Part shown: piece by piece, positions 28,406 to 39,102 of the stretch
How the letters are laid out: each line of letters opens with the position of its first letter
How positions within the stretch are numbered: the first letter of the stretch is position 1
NCBI GenBank assembly: GCA_965367815.1
Contig: CBDUKN010000011.1
Span: 14,180 to 78,179 of the forward strand
DNA length: 64,000 nt
Direction of reading: 5' to 3'
Source: an uncultured Thermoprotei archaeon
Lineage (GTDB): Archaea > Thermoproteota > Thermoprotei > Thermofilales > B15-G2
Notes under the pieces: model-generated
The model's input: only the letters and a program-made list of their open reading frames with translations
What the model was told of the DNA's origin: nothing
Databases searched by the model: none
Position numbers and translations under genes: made by a program

Positions 28406-28978
28406 TTGTTATTTCACAAACTAGTGACTGAAAAAGAGCTAGTTACTCCAGGAGATAAAGTGGCTGTAATTGAGGAGTATACAGCGGGAGAATATGTGTA
28501 CGAGGAAAACGGATTCCTGAGAGCAGCAGCACTTGGTGTGCTCAATGCTGATAGAGTGAACCATGTACTGTCAGTAATTCCGTCACGAAGACCATTAATA
28601 CCTAAAGCTAAGGACGCTGTATATGCTCAAGTATCATATGTGAGAAGTCTCTACGCTCTTGCACGAATATATGAAGTAGAGGGCAGAGGGCTACTACCGA
28701 TACCTTTTACAGGTATAATTCACGTAAGCTACGCTTTAAGCGAACCCGTAAGAGACATGCATGATCTTCTGAGAATAGGTGATATAATAAGAGCCAGAGT
28801 TCTTTCGGACGAAGGGCCGCCCTTCCACTTAACATTAAGAGGAAGAGAATTCGGAGTAGTATTATCTTGGTGTCCTAATTGTGTAAAACCGCTTTGTAAG
28901 CGTGGGAATTATCTCTTCTGTAGCATATGTAGGACAAGCTACCGCAAGAAAATTTCTTCACTTTATCTATCAATATAG
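28406..28978 (+). CDS. csl4: Exosome cap subunit Csl4
   Basis: VTPGD..IEEY, S1 domain, GVV, zinc ribbon ...RKKISS. Confidence 0.92.
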   Translation: MLFHKLVTEKELVTPGDKVAVIEEYTAGEYVYEENGFLRAAALGVLNADRVNHVLSVIPSRRPLIPKAKDAVYAQVSYVRSLYALARIYEVEGRGLLPIPFTGIIHVSYALSEPVRDMHDLLRIGDIIRARVLSDEGPPFHLTLRGREFGVVLSWCPNCVKPLCKRGNYLFCSICRTSYRKKISSLYLSI

Positions 28979-28990
28979 CGTGTCGAGACT

Positions 28991-29623
28991 ATGTATGAAA
29001 AAAGAGTAGCAATAAAGGTTGAAGACAGAGACGAATTAGAGGAGATTTTAAACGAAGTAAATAGAAGAATACGGAATGTAGTAGTCATAGTGAGAACTAG
29101 ACTAAATACTATAGACTTTGCGCTGCAAGGCGATAAGGAAGCAGTAAAGACAGCTGCAATTGAACTAAGAAGAATTGCTACCGAAATAAAGTATAAAAGG
29201 CGAAAAAACTACAGCGGATACTTTGCATATAGTCTGCGAAATATATTAAAGTCAATAAACCTATCAGTAGGCATTCCGATAAATGTGGCATTAGAAGTAC
29301 TTAAACTGAAAGGATATAAAGTAAATGTATCCAAAGGTTTTCTCCAAACAAATGCTGATCTAAGCACAACTATTGAAATTTTTAATAAACTAGGAAAAAT
29401 ATATGAAAAATTAACAAAAATGAATACTACTGCATCTGCTAGAAAGGCAATAACATATGTAGCTTTACTAATGAATAAAAATGTCGATGAAGCAATTAAA
29501 TTTTTAGAGGAAAATAAATGTATAGACTATCAAGACGAAAAAATTGTACTAACTAGAAATATTGAAGAAATTAAAACACTTATAAAATCTAGCTGTGAGA
29601 AAAACTCAAATAATACTTCTTAA
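28991..29623 (+). CDS. DUF2067-like protein
   Basis: Position between csl4 and rpoL; EVLKLKGY motif. Confidence 0.65.
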   Translation: MYEKRVAIKVEDRDELEEILNEVNRRIRNVVVIVRTRLNTIDFALQGDKEAVKTAAIELRRIATEIKYKRRKNYSGYFAYSLRNILKSINLSVGIPINVALEVLKLKGYKVNVSKGFLQTNADLSTTIEIFNKLGKIYEKLTKMNTTASARKAITYVALLMNKNVDEAIKFLEENKCIDYQDEKIVLTRNIEEIKTLIKSSCEKNSNNTS

Positions 29624-29634
29624 TTAATGGTTGC

Positions 29635-29943
29635 GTGAAACTTAAAATAGTAAGAGAGACAGAACATGAACTAGAGTTCATTTTAGAGGGTGAGGATCAT
29701 ACATTCTGCAACTTACTGGTAAACATTCTTCTTGAAGACCCAGCGGTAGAATTTAGCGCATATAAAATACCACATCCTCTCATTAGAAAGCCTATAGTCT
29801 ATGTGAAGACTAAAGAGGGGAGCCCTAGAGAAGCAGTTATTAGAGCATGTGATAAAATAGAAGAATTAATGAGAGTATTAAGAGACAGATTTAAGGAAGC
29901 TGTATCGAAGTATGAAAGTAGTAGTGTCCAAAGGACTAGCTAA
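29635..29943 (+). CDS. rpoL: RNA polymerase subunit Rpo11 (L)
   Basis: EGEDHTFCNLL, YKIPHPL. Confidence 0.96.
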   Translation: MKLKIVRETEHELEFILEGEDHTFCNLLVNILLEDPAVEFSAYKIPHPLIRKPIVYVKTKEGSPREAVIRACDKIEELMRVLRDRFKEAVSKYESSSVQRTS

Positions 29944-30262
29944 GCTTGGTGACGCTGTACTAAACTTTGTTGTATCTGCTGGTATAAGTATATCTTTGGG
30001 AAAACCTGAAGGAGTAAAAGTAGCCGATAAGATATTAAGGAAGAGCATATCCAAGGATCAAATAGAGAAAATTGTAAATAAAAGTAGTTTTAAAAATATG
30101 AAAATAGAGGATATAATTGAAGCATTAATAGCTTATGTATGGGTAAACGGTTGGATAACAATAGATGAATTAATAAGTGCTGCGGCTCAGGGCCGTACAG
30201 TGGAAGAGTCTACAAGAAAAGTTATTGAGAAAACCATTAATGTTATAAAAACTAAAATATAA
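29912..30262 (+). CDS. Archaeal RNase III-like family protein
   Basis: KGLAKLGDA.LNF..S, EALIAY. Confidence 0.8.
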   Translation: MKVVVSKGLAKLGDAVLNFVVSAGISISLGKPEGVKVADKILRKSISKDQIEKIVNKSSFKNMKIEDIIEALIAYVWVNGWITIDELISAAAQGRTVEESTRKVIEKTINVIKTKI

Positions 30263-31022
30263 TTTCGAAAACATATATAATAATATTGCCTATAAATAAG
30301 TATAACATATAGCCTATAAGTATGAATAAAATAAAAGGCAGTGTAGGGGATACCCATACTTTTTCTACACCTTTCTTTTCGAGAATGTCTATTATTTCAG
30401 TGCACTTATCTATATTATGAATATTTGTTTTTATTTTAATAGTATTTTGTGTCGACGATAAAATGAAATATTTGTGAGGATGCTTTTTCGCTTCTTTTAA
30501 ATCAACTATTGTTGCACTTAAAAATAAAATAATTTTCTTTAATATACTAATATTTTTGGGAAAGAATAATTTTGATTTAAATAATAGTATTGTATTGTTT
30601 ATAGCTATAATTATCATAGCGAAAATTGATAAAATAATGGAGTTCATAAATATACTTATGCCGGGGAACATTTTGCCTATATTAGCAGGTGCAGAAGGTG
30701 TTTCGAGAATACTTAGACATATATAGGCTTTTGCGTCGGCGCCTCCCATTAGCCCAAAATATGCTAAAGTTAAAGCTATAAGAAATGTTATAGCTATGGA
30801 GAGCAAGTATAGACTAAGAATACTTGCATTAGTCCAAATTTTTTCTACAGCATTTACTGCAATACCTACAAGTATTATAGGCAACCATATTTTGTCACTT
30901 ACCTCTCTTGTCTTAATATCTTGGAAAGAAGCTACAGATAGACAAATTATGGCAGTAAGTCTCTTTATGTTTTCAAGAAGACATAGAGTGTCGAGATTCA
31001 TTCTGTGAAATAAAGGATGCAC
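30252..31022 (-). CDS. Prepilin/prearchaellin peptidase (A24; PibD/FlaK-like)
   Basis: DIKTREV, GGADAK, VWVSPTLPF. Confidence 0.88.
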   Translation of the reverse strand: MHPLFHRMNLDTLCLLENIKRLTAIICLSVASFQDIKTREVSDKIWLPIILVGIAVNAVEKIWTNASILSLYLLSIAITFLIALTLAYFGLMGGADAKAYICLSILETPSAPANIGKMFPGISIFMNSIILSIFAMIIIAINNTILLFKSKLFFPKNISILKKIILFLSATIVDLKEAKKHPHKYFILSSTQNTIKIKTNIHNIDKCTEIIDILEKKGVEKVWVSPTLPFILFILIGYMLYLFIGNIIIYVFEIIF

Positions 31023-31135
31023 AAAAATATAAGCATAAAGTTCGCTGTCATCAAATTTTTGTCAAGGACGTATTTAGTCGAAATTAGGAATGTGCACAAA
31101 CCTTATATTTACGCGTATATGTTTTTTGTCTCGCT

Positions 31136-31474
31136 ATGCCTCGGCATTCAAAAGGCTATAGAACTAGAGGACGTAAACTTCTTCGAAAACACCCTAGAGC
31201 TCGAGGTAGACCTGGTCTAAGTAGACTCATGATTGAATACAAAGTAGGGGATAAGGTCTGTATAGATATAGACCCTACTTACATAAGAACTGCACCTCAC
31301 AGGCGCTATCAGGGATTAACTGGAACTATTGTCGGAAAGCGTGGAAGAGCGTATATCATTGAGATCTATTTGGGAGGCAAGAAGAAGACTATAATTACTA
31401 CGGCAGATCACATAAAGCCCTTTATGGGCGGCTCTGCTATGTCTACTACGTCTAGTTCTTCGCAGACAGCTTGA
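31136..31474 (+). CDS. rpl21e: Ribosomal protein eL21
   Basis: SKGYRTRGR, PHRRYQG.TG. Confidence 0.96.
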   Translation: MPRHSKGYRTRGRKLLRKHPRARGRPGLSRLMIEYKVGDKVCIDIDPTYIRTAPHRRYQGLTGTIVGKRGRAYIIEIYLGGKKKTIITTADHIKPFMGGSAMSTTSSSSQTA

Positions 31475-32775
31475 GCTCCGAGGATATTAGAGATATTGGG
31501 TCTAGTTCTCCCCTTATCTCCACTTATTAGCTCTTTGATATAGAGGCCTCCTTGACAGATTATAGTCAGTTCTAGTTTCCTCTTACCCAGTATTCTGCTG
31601 GTAATCTTGTATACTTTCTTCCGGCGTAATTTATCCGCTCTTCTGTGAAGGACTCTTAGGGGGGTTCTCTGCTCAATTATTATGTTATTGAAAACCTCCT
31701 CAATTTTCTTGAGGTCGTCTTCAGTAATGTCGCGGTTTACTGAAACTATAGCTCTATACGTTTTAATGGTGTACTCGGAATATACTTTGATCTTCTTGAT
31801 AGTATCACGTGTAGTATACTTCAAGTCAGAGACGTCTACTAATCCTTTTCCATGTTTATTTATTTCTTCTTGAACTTTTTTAAGATCAATTGTTCTTATT
31901 TTTGGATTTAAAATTTCTACAACAAAGGGGCGTCCTGAGCCAAGCATTCGTACATCAATATCTTCTCTTCCTGCTCCATGAAACTTTGTTTTTTCAGCCT
32001 TAAAGAGCTTAATTATTGGCTCTGATATTATTTCCTCTACAGAAGTCGGATATTTTTTACCTGTCCACGAGCACTCTTCACATCCCTTACCCCGGCAACG
32101 TGGACAAAGCCACTTATTTTGAGGAAGATTTCTGACATATTTTCGGTATCTTCCATAAATGAAGATAGGTGCAGAGTGCACACTTATTTTATTGTTAGGT
32201 ATATCGACCATGATAATAAGGTCTGGTTTCTTATAATCGACTACTTTGCCTGTTACTTTTTGAAATCGTTTTCCAAGGACTCTGGTCAAATCTGATTTGA
32301 AGCTTTCACTTATATTTTCGAGCCCATAAGTAATTTTAATTTCATCTTCTCGTTTAGCTATATCTCTTGGTATTCTCGCTCCTATTAGAAATGTATTAAA
32401 TTCGTAGTCACTGACCAAAGATAGTATTTCTTTTAAAATGGGGTCTATGTTTCTGATAAAAAAGTCTTCGCAGACATAGCATGGCACTGGATCTGGAACA
32501 CTATAGCCGTATTTCTGTAGTACTTCTTTTGCCGGATTAAAGTTTGTTTTAGCTAAATTTTCGAGAACTTTTATGCTTTTTTTCTTACTCTCATCGCTTT
32601 CTGTAGTCAATAACTCTAAGTGATGTTGCAGAGTTAAACACAATTTAATAGCATATCCGCGTTCATTATTGTCTAAGCCTCTACCAAGCTGAGCGAACAG
32701 CCTTCCTAAGCAATAGTCGCAGAGACAGTATTTGCTTACTATATTTTCAGCTTTTTCTAGAATGTCGAACATCAC
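31408..32775 (-). CDS. pus10: tRNA pseudouridine(54/55) synthase Pus10
   Basis: CDYCLGR, HGAGREDIDVRMLGSGRPF, GGLYIKELISGD. Confidence 0.96.
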   Translation of the reverse strand: MMFDILEKAENIVSKYCLCDYCLGRLFAQLGRGLDNNERGYAIKLCLTLQHHLELLTTESDESKKKSIKVLENLAKTNFNPAKEVLQKYGYSVPDPVPCYVCEDFFIRNIDPILKEILSLVSDYEFNTFLIGARIPRDIAKREDEIKITYGLENISESFKSDLTRVLGKRFQKVTGKVVDYKKPDLIIMVDIPNNKISVHSAPIFIYGRYRKYVRNLPQNKWLCPRCRGKGCEECSWTGKKYPTSVEEIISEPIIKLFKAEKTKFHGAGREDIDVRMLGSGRPFVVEILNPKIRTIDLKKVQEEINKHGKGLVDVSDLKYTTRDTIKKIKVYSEYTIKTYRAIVSVNRDITEDDLKKIEEVFNNIIIEQRTPLRVLHRRADKLRRKKVYKITSRILGKRKLELTIICQGGLYIKELISGDKGRTRPNISNILGAQAVCEELDVVDIAEPPIKGFM

Positions 32776-32892
32776 CGTCCCATAACTTCTACTCCTAAAA
32801 TATATAGTTTTATCGAAAAGAGGTATAGAACTTTATATAGATTTAATGAAATAATGTGAACATTGCTGTTAGAGTAAGTTATTGTAGGAAAT

Positions 32893-33459
32893 CTAATAGG
32901 GAGATAGTCTGCCAGTTATTCTATCAAGACATATATTAACTATGGCTATAATCTTGTCAGGAGATAAGTTGTATATTGACTTAGGAAAAACTAAAGGTAT
33001 CTTCTCGATATCTATATCTGCTAGAAAATCTGTAAGAGTTTTTCTATCAAGTGATAGCACATATAGTGCATTTTCTACTGAAGATAATTCGGGAATATCT
33101 TTGCCTTTAGTGTCTGGAAAGATAATTGAAGTAAAGGTTTTTGAAAGGAAACTCGCTATGTTAGTGTAGTAGACTTTTATTCCTGGGTGAATTACTTTTT
33201 TCCGAATCTTCTTCTCTAATGCTAGTCTTATTTTTCTGTAAACTCCTAAAAGCGATGCTTCGTCAGTAAATATTCTCTTGACTCTGCTGCCTTCTATTCT
33301 CACTATTACATTGTTTTCTTTGCATATAAAAAGGAGACATCTATCACGTCGGATATCGTGTGAGAGCATAAGTGTGGCGGGAATACACCTCATTAATATC
33401 GGTGAATATTTTTCGGATAGATGAGTTATCGAAGTAGCTATTGCAAAAGATACTACCAT
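32893..33459 (-). CDS. TrmY-like SPOUT protein (divergent)
   Basis: LSHDIRRD, DE, PGI, NICLD; next to pus10. Confidence 0.7.
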   Translation of the reverse strand: MVVSFAIATSITHLSEKYSPILMRCIPATLMLSHDIRRDRCLLFICKENNVIVRIEGSRVKRIFTDEASLLGVYRKIRLALEKKIRKKVIHPGIKVYYTNIASFLSKTFTSIIFPDTKGKDIPELSSVENALYVLSLDRKTLTDFLADIDIEKIPLVFPKSIYNLSPDKIIAIVNICLDRITGRLSPY

Positions 33460-34772
33460 AGTCTGCCGAGCCTAGACAAGCGAGTCCTTTTTCTACTTAA
33501 CTGCTTTATGTATCTTCTTGCGAGTTCATAGCTTTTTAAAAGTTCTTTTACATCGCGTGGAGTTACACCAGCTCCCTTAGATATTCTCCTTATTCTAGAG
33601 CTATTTAGAATACTGGGATTTAGTAGCTCTTCTTTAGTCATTGAGTCTAAGATAGCTACCCATTTCTTTATTTTATTTTTGTCAAGGCCTTCAGTGTCTA
33701 TAGTTAGCTGCATTTCTCCTGGAATAAACGATAGAAGTTTGCTTAAAGACCCCATTTTTTGCAGGTTTTTGAGTTGAATTTTCATATCATATAGTGTAAG
33801 TTTGCCTGTTCTCATGATTTTTTCTTGAAGCTTTATAAGTTCTTCATGGCGTTTGAATCGCTCTATGAGTGCTTCTAGATCACCTAACCCTAGTAGACGG
33901 CTTACAAATCTAGGTGGATTGAAGACTTCTATTTCATCTATTTTTTCTCCCACTCCAATGAACTTTATTATAGCTCCCGTAGAAGCTACAGCTGCTAGTG
34001 CTCCGCCACCTTTGGCGCTGCCGTCTAGTTTTGTTATAAAAATCGATGAGATAGGAACTTTTTTCTTAAAAGCTTTAGCCTGCTTTTTAGCTTGTTTGCC
34101 TATTGTGGCGTCGATTACGAACATTACTTCGTCAGGCTTTATTTTTTCAAACATAGCTTCCATTTCATTAAGTAGAGCTTCTTCTTGTTTATGTCTGCCT
34201 GCAGTATCTATTATTATTAAATTGTATTTCTTGGATTTAAAATACTCTACTCCGTTGACAGCTATTTCTACAGGGTCTTTGTTTTCTTGAAACCATACAG
34301 GTATATTTATTTTTTCTGCCAATTGCTTTAACTGAGTAAATGCCGCGGGTCTGTAAGTGTCAGCACATATTAGTCCGACTTTATATCCCTTATTTGAATA
34401 AAACCAAGCAAGTTTAGCTGCGCTCGTTGTTTTACCGGAGCCTTGTAGACCAACTAGCATTATAGTATAAGCTTTGTCTTTTGGCGGTAAAACTTCAGGA
34501 ATAGATTCTCCTCCTAAAAGCGAGATTAGTTCTTCGTAAACAGCTTTTAGAAGCACATCTCTTTTAGAGAATCCTGGAGGTATTTCGGCGTTTAAAACTC
34601 TATTCTTAATGTTTTCAGAGATTTTGAAAACTAAATCTACACTTACGTCTGCTTTAAGAAGAGCTCTTTGGATATCTCTTATTACTTCCTTAAGTGTCTT
34701 TTCGTCTATTAGTGGAGCTCCTTTTATTTTCTTGACTACTTTAATAAGTTCTTCAGAGAGAGTTCGTAGCAT
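33453..34772 (-). CDS. srp54: Signal recognition particle protein SRP54
   Basis: GLQGSGKTT, DTAGRH, TKLDGSAKGGG, M domain. Confidence 0.96.
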   Translation of the reverse strand: MLRTLSEELIKVVKKIKGAPLIDEKTLKEVIRDIQRALLKADVSVDLVFKISENIKNRVLNAEIPPGFSKRDVLLKAVYEELISLLGGESIPEVLPPKDKAYTIMLVGLQGSGKTTSAAKLAWFYSNKGYKVGLICADTYRPAAFTQLKQLAEKINIPVWFQENKDPVEIAVNGVEYFKSKKYNLIIIDTAGRHKQEEALLNEMEAMFEKIKPDEVMFVIDATIGKQAKKQAKAFKKKVPISSIFITKLDGSAKGGGALAAVASTGAIIKFIGVGEKIDEIEVFNPPRFVSRLLGLGDLEALIERFKRHEELIKLQEKIMRTGKLTLYDMKIQLKNLQKMGSLSKLLSFIPGEMQLTIDTEGLDKNKIKKWVAILDSMTKEELLNPSILNSSRIRRISKGAGVTPRDVKELLKSYELARRYIKQLSRKRTRLSRLGRLW

Positions 34773-34777
34773 CTATG

Positions 34778-35830
34778 TCAATATATGCTTGCTGCTGCTC
34801 TCTTAAACTTTTCTAGCGGACCAAGTATTACTATTCCTACACCGCTTCTTATTTCAAAGACATATTTGCACGGCTGAACAGGAGCCCAGCGGGCCTTTCT
34901 TATGTACATGACTCTATATATTTTTCCTGCTATTTCTTCTAGAGAAAGAACTATTATTCCTGAGGCTAAAAATTCTTCGACACCAAATCTGCTCAATTGC
35001 GTAGACCCTGTGGGTATTTCGCTTGTCATTATTGTGGTTACTGTGCCTAGTCTTTCTAGGGAAAATACTATTTCTCTAACGAATTCTCTAACGTATACTA
35101 CGTCTGAAGGAGATCCTCCATAGATAAGAGGTGCTATGGGGTCTATAACTAGACGCTTAGCTCTAATTTTCTTGATATTACTTATTATAGACTCTATAAT
35201 GTATTTTGGCTCTATTTTTCTTCTCTCTTCTCTTAAGTATATCTTACTGAAGTGAGTTCTCATATCGAGAAAGAGAAGTAATCCTTCTTCCTCGAGTTCA
35301 CTAACATCCCATCCGAATAGCCTTAAACCTCTTTTAACGTGCTCAGAAGGTTCATCTATAGCGAGATATATACCTGGTTCTCCTAAAGCAGCTCCTTTTA
35401 ACAAAAATTGCATAGAAAAAATTGTCTTTCCACAACCAGTTTCGCCTGCAATAAGATAAGTCTTTCCTCTAAGGAATCCTCCTCCAAGTACTCTATCCAA
35501 TTCAGGTATACCAGTCGGGGCATACATCAAAAGGGTCTTTTTTAAGGGGAAAGTGGGTTTAGGAGGAGGTGCTATCGATGAAGTTTCGAGAGTAGTTGTA
35601 GAGTCTGTATACTTAGTAGCTGTAGTTGGTGAAGGAGAGGTTTTAGAGAGAATTCTCGACAAGGAAGTTTCGACGGAAGTGGGTTTCAACGAACTATTGT
35701 CTCGTGAAAGTGAGCCTAGTGAACATGGAGGATTATCTGGGTCGACGACTTCTTTCCCTAGAATTCTACATATTCTGCGTGAAGCGTCATACCACGTGCA
35801 ATTTATACACTTCTTTGCCATAGTAACCAC
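34778..35830 (-). CDS. KaiC/RAD55-family ATPase with N-terminal Cys4 domain and S/T-rich linker
   Basis: TGIPELD..GG, GETGCGKT, RLVID, SRFGVEEF. Confidence 0.88.
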   Translation of the reverse strand: MVTMAKKCINCTWYDASRRICRILGKEVVDPDNPPCSLGSLSRDNSSLKPTSVETSLSRILSKTSPSPTTATKYTDSTTTLETSSIAPPPKPTFPLKKTLLMYAPTGIPELDRVLGGGFLRGKTYLIAGETGCGKTIFSMQFLLKGAALGEPGIYLAIDEPSEHVKRGLRLFGWDVSELEEEGLLLFLDMRTHFSKIYLREERRKIEPKYIIESIISNIKKIRAKRLVIDPIAPLIYGGSPSDVVYVREFVREIVFSLERLGTVTTIMTSEIPTGSTQLSRFGVEEFLASGIIVLSLEEIAGKIYRVMYIRKARWAPVQPCKYVFEIRSGVGIVILGPLEKFKRAAASIY

Positions 35831-35901
35831 TTTACACTACTAGGTCTCAATCGTGATTAAAATCTAGCAATCCAGTATATATTTATATGGCTTGAGTATT
35901 A

Positions 35902-37491
35902 TTAGAGCACCTTAGGTCTCAGCCCAATTCTTATTCCGAGTTTTCTACTCAGTCTCTCTAGTCTTTTACGGCATTTTTTACGTACATAGTTGTATATCTC
36001 TGTAGGAACTAGAACTTCAGCGTGAGTATCATGAATTATTATATCGAATTCAGCATCAGGCACGTATTTTCTTATAGTTTTTTCAATAAGAATTCTAGTC
36101 ATTTCTTTCCTTTCTGATTCTTTCTTCTTTAGTGGGACAACAAATGTTCTTTCGCCGAAGACATATAATTCGTATTCCGGCTCACCTGTAAAGAAGTCTT
36201 TTACTACTACTACAGGTCTGGCTAGGTCTTCTTCTTTCAAACCATAGGGTACCTTAACAACAGTCTCTAATTCGTAGACCTTTGCGACTTCACCGTCTTT
36301 AATGAATATTACAGTGTCTACTATAGAGGGAATCATCCCTAATTCTACTCTTCCTATAAAGCGTTGTATGGCGTCTATAGGAGTTGTTGCGTGAACTACA
36401 CCTATCATGCCTACGCCTGCTAGTCTAAGGTCAGCAAATAATTCGAAATCTCTAGTATCTCTCATTTCATCAAATACGGTGTAGTCTGGTCTAGATAAGA
36501 GTAAGACATCATGTATTTCCTCCGAGCTCGCGTAAGCCTTAGAATATTGGGTTATTTGCGGAGGCAAATGCATATCTCTGGGAGACTCTATTGTTTTAAC
36601 GACCTTGTTCTTTCTCATGTAGAACTCTGCTAGAGCTTGAGCGAATGTAGTCTTACCCATTCCAGGGGCTCCAGCTATTAAAATACCTTCAGCTCTTTTC
36701 TCAAGACGTTCTAGAAGTTTTTTAGGTAAGTTATAATCTTCAATACTTAACTTGACAAGTGGTCTAACTATAGTTAGCTCGTATCCATCAGAGAAAGGCG
36801 GTTTAGTTATTATGATACGATACTTCTTAAGCTGTACTATTGTTGATCCAGGCCTATCTATTTCTATGAATGCATCAGGCGAGCTACGAGCAGCCTCAAT
36901 TATTTCTCTTATCATACTTTCTAGCTCTTCTCTAGTTAAAGGCTCATCTCTTATCTTCACGAAGATCCATTTTCCAGGTTTTCCCACTTTTGCGTAAGGA
37001 ACAACGTTTTCCTTCAAGTGTAAAGACATAGCGTTCTCGGGAAACATTTTTTCAAAAATTAGTGCTTTTCCAGTTTCCGTTTTTAAGTAAATTACTTTAA
37101 CGTCTTCAGCTAAACATGTTTCGTACTGTGTTCTATCAGATGTTATGAGTGTGGCGTTCCAGTCCTTAGCTAATTCTCTCAGGATAGCGTCTATGCCTTC
37201 ATCTCTTAGCATTTGGTATCCTTGTGGGAGTTCTCGGCTTTCCTCTATAATTAGTTCTTCTTCGCTATACTTTTCTTTAATAATACTTCTTATTTTTCTT
37301 AATTCCTGTAAACCTAATAGACCTTGACTTTTCCCTTCTCTTAAAAGTTTTTCGAAGTGTAACACGAGCAGATTATGGATAATTATTTTACCTAAAATTT
37401 TTGGAGACCGTCTCTCAAGTGCAGTACTCAGAGTGCCTTTAATTATTACCGTTGTGTCTGGTATGTATATTTCTCTAAGCATTTTCACCAA
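35902..37491 (-). CDS. PIN-domain + VirB11-like ATPase (PINA family)
   Basis: IPDT PIN start, [24 protein letters not shown]. Confidence 0.9.
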   Translation of the reverse strand: MVKMLREIYIPDTTVIIKGTLSTALERRSPKILGKIIIHNLLVLHFEKLLREGKSQGLLGLQELRKIRSIIKEKYSEEELIIEESRELPQGYQMLRDEGIDAILRELAKDWNATLITSDRTQYETCLAEDVKVIYLKTETGKALIFEKMFPENAMSLHLKENVVPYAKVGKPGKWIFVKIRDEPLTREELESMIREIIEAARSSPDAFIEIDRPGSTIVQLKKYRIIITKPPFSDGYELTIVRPLVKLSIEDYNLPKKLLERLEKRAEGILIAGAPGMGKTTFAQALAEFYMRKNKVVKTIESPRDMHLPPQITQYSKAYASSEEIHDVLLLSRPDYTVFDEMRDTRDFELFADLRLAGVGMIGVVHATTPIDAIQRFIGRVELGMIPSIVDTVIFIKDGEVAKVYELETVVKVPYGLKEEDLARPVVVVKDFFTGEPEYELYVFGERTFVVPLKKKESERKEMTRILIEKTIRKYVPDAEFDIIIHDTHAEVLVPTEIYNYVRKKCRKRLERLSRKLGIRIGLRPKVL

Positions 37492-37559
37492 CCTGATCCT
37501 TAGGGACTAGTGTGAAAACCAGCTTAAATATATATTTTTCTTACTAAGATTCTGCTTCA

Positions 37560-38012
37560 TTGAATATATTGTGGGGTCAAATATATTTTGATACTAGCTC
37601 CGTATTACTCTGTTTAATATGTTCTTTTTCTCAAAGTCTTATACTTATTAGTATTTTTGAAGAGAAAAGCGTGAAAGTAAAGAGTGTTGGTTTAGGGGAG
37701 ATACCTTATCGGGACTATAGAAAAGTAAGGCTTGCTGTAATAGAAGCGATGGGTGACCTAATTAAAAAGTCTAGAGGAAGCTGTGTTACGTTCACTTGCA
37801 AGAAACTTGCTACAATAGCTGGTTTACCGTCGCAGCCAGTTCTTTTAACAGTTATAAGAAGTATACTAGATGAGCTATGCGATAAAGGACTTATCACAAG
37901 ATACAGCAGATCTAGTCACGGAATAAAATATATGGCGACTAAGGAAAGTCCTATATGGGTTGCTTTTAAACACGGAGATCTAGAAACTCTTAGCAAAATA
38001 GTAGAGCTCTAG
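37560..38012 (+). CDS. Small wHTH DNA-binding protein, paralog 1 (likely start GTG 37671)
   Basis: Aligns with the next ORF: G.CV.F...+A.+AGLP...SP+W. Confidence 0.7.
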   Translation: MNILWGQIYFDTSSVLLCLICSFSQSLILISIFEEKSVKVKSVGLGEIPYRDYRKVRLAVIEAMGDLIKKSRGSCVTFTCKKLATIAGLPSQPVLLTVIRSILDELCDKGLITRYSRSSHGIKYMATKESPIWVAFKHGDLETLSKIVEL

Positions 38013-38021
38013 GGGCGGAGA

Positions 38022-38354
38022 ATGTCTGAGAAAAATAAAAGAAGTGAAGTATATGAGAAGGCGGTATGTGATGCACTTGTAGAGCTAATTAGTAAGGCTA
38101 AAGGCACATGTGTCTCCTTTGAGAGCATAGATATAGCTAAACTAGCGGGACTACCCATTAATGCTTATACTCTTTACTCTATTAAAAAGGTTCTATATAA
38201 ACTCATGAGAGCAGGAATGGTGAGAAGACTTAGAAGAAAAAAGGGACGTATATTTGTTGTTAATTGTGATTCACCACTATGGTCCGCTTGTAAAATAAAA
38301 GATAGAGAGATTGTTTTCGAGATTATATCTGAGTGTATAAAAAATAAAGATTAA
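38022..38354 (+). CDS. Small wHTH DNA-binding protein, paralog 2
   Basis: GTCVSF..DIAKLAGLP...KLMRAGMV...SPLW. Confidence 0.7.
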   Translation: MSEKNKRSEVYEKAVCDALVELISKAKGTCVSFESIDIAKLAGLPINAYTLYSIKKVLYKLMRAGMVRRLRRKKGRIFVVNCDSPLWSACKIKDREIVFEIISECIKNKD

Positions 38355-39067
38355 ATTTCAGCTAGTATTGAATCCTTGACATTGAGCACTTGGAATGCCC
38401 GATCTTCTGGAACACCGAAATAGTACTTTGCAAACTTGTAGATCATCTTGTCGGATGGCGCTGCTTTCGGCGAATTTATTTTCATACAAAGTGCTTGCTT
38501 AAGAGCTTCTTTTTCTAAACGGTTTTTTACAGTACCTTCTGCAATCTTTTTAGCTATTTCTATAGCTATATATATTTTGGCAAGTTTATGTAATTTTGGT
38601 GCATAGTCTGGGTAATTAGTTGCTAAAAGTGATATAACTTCTAAAAACTTATTATTTAATCCAAATCCAAGTAAAGACATTATTAGTCCGAATCTGGCAG
38701 TCTTCAATATAACTTCAGCAGACAGCTTTTTTTCTAAAGTGTTACTGCTGGATGAATTTTCAATAAGTTCATGATATAGTGAGTCGTATTCTTTTTCCTT
38801 GTAGAATACTTTTGATAATGAATTTATTTCATCTACGAGGTTTAGTCCATATTTTCCAACAATGTATAGCGTTATTATTTCTCTCTCGTAAAGTCCTGTT
38901 CTACTGTAGTCTTTTATAGGTTTTACTTTAAACTTATGATAGGCATCTTTAAGCATTTTTACAATTTTCTCTCTAGAGACTTTGTCGTTTTCGTTATTTA
39001 TAATATGGCTCCATACGTATATGCATGCCTCTATCATTCTCTTTATTCCTTGATTCACAGAAAACAC
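38351..39067 (-). CDS. DUF2192-like crenarchaeal protein
   Basis: LYEREIITLYIVGKYGL, IAEG....RLEKEALKQAL. Confidence 0.75.
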   Translation of the reverse strand: MFSVNQGIKRMIEACIYVWSHIINNENDKVSREKIVKMLKDAYHKFKVKPIKDYSRTGLYEREIITLYIVGKYGLNLVDEINSLSKVFYKEKEYDSLYHELIENSSSSNTLEKKLSAEVILKTARFGLIMSLLGFGLNNKFLEVISLLATNYPDYAPKLHKLAKIYIAIEIAKKIAEGTVKNRLEKEALKQALCMKINSPKAAPSDKMIYKFAKYYFGVPEDRAFQVLNVKDSILAEI

Positions 39068-39102
39068 CCTATTTTACTTAATTAATTTACTTGAATAGAT
39101 TG

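Noticed and set aside
31408-31474. 67-nt convergent overlap of rpl21e and pus10
   Set aside because: Short 3' overlaps are common in this window and the extra tail looks non-conserved
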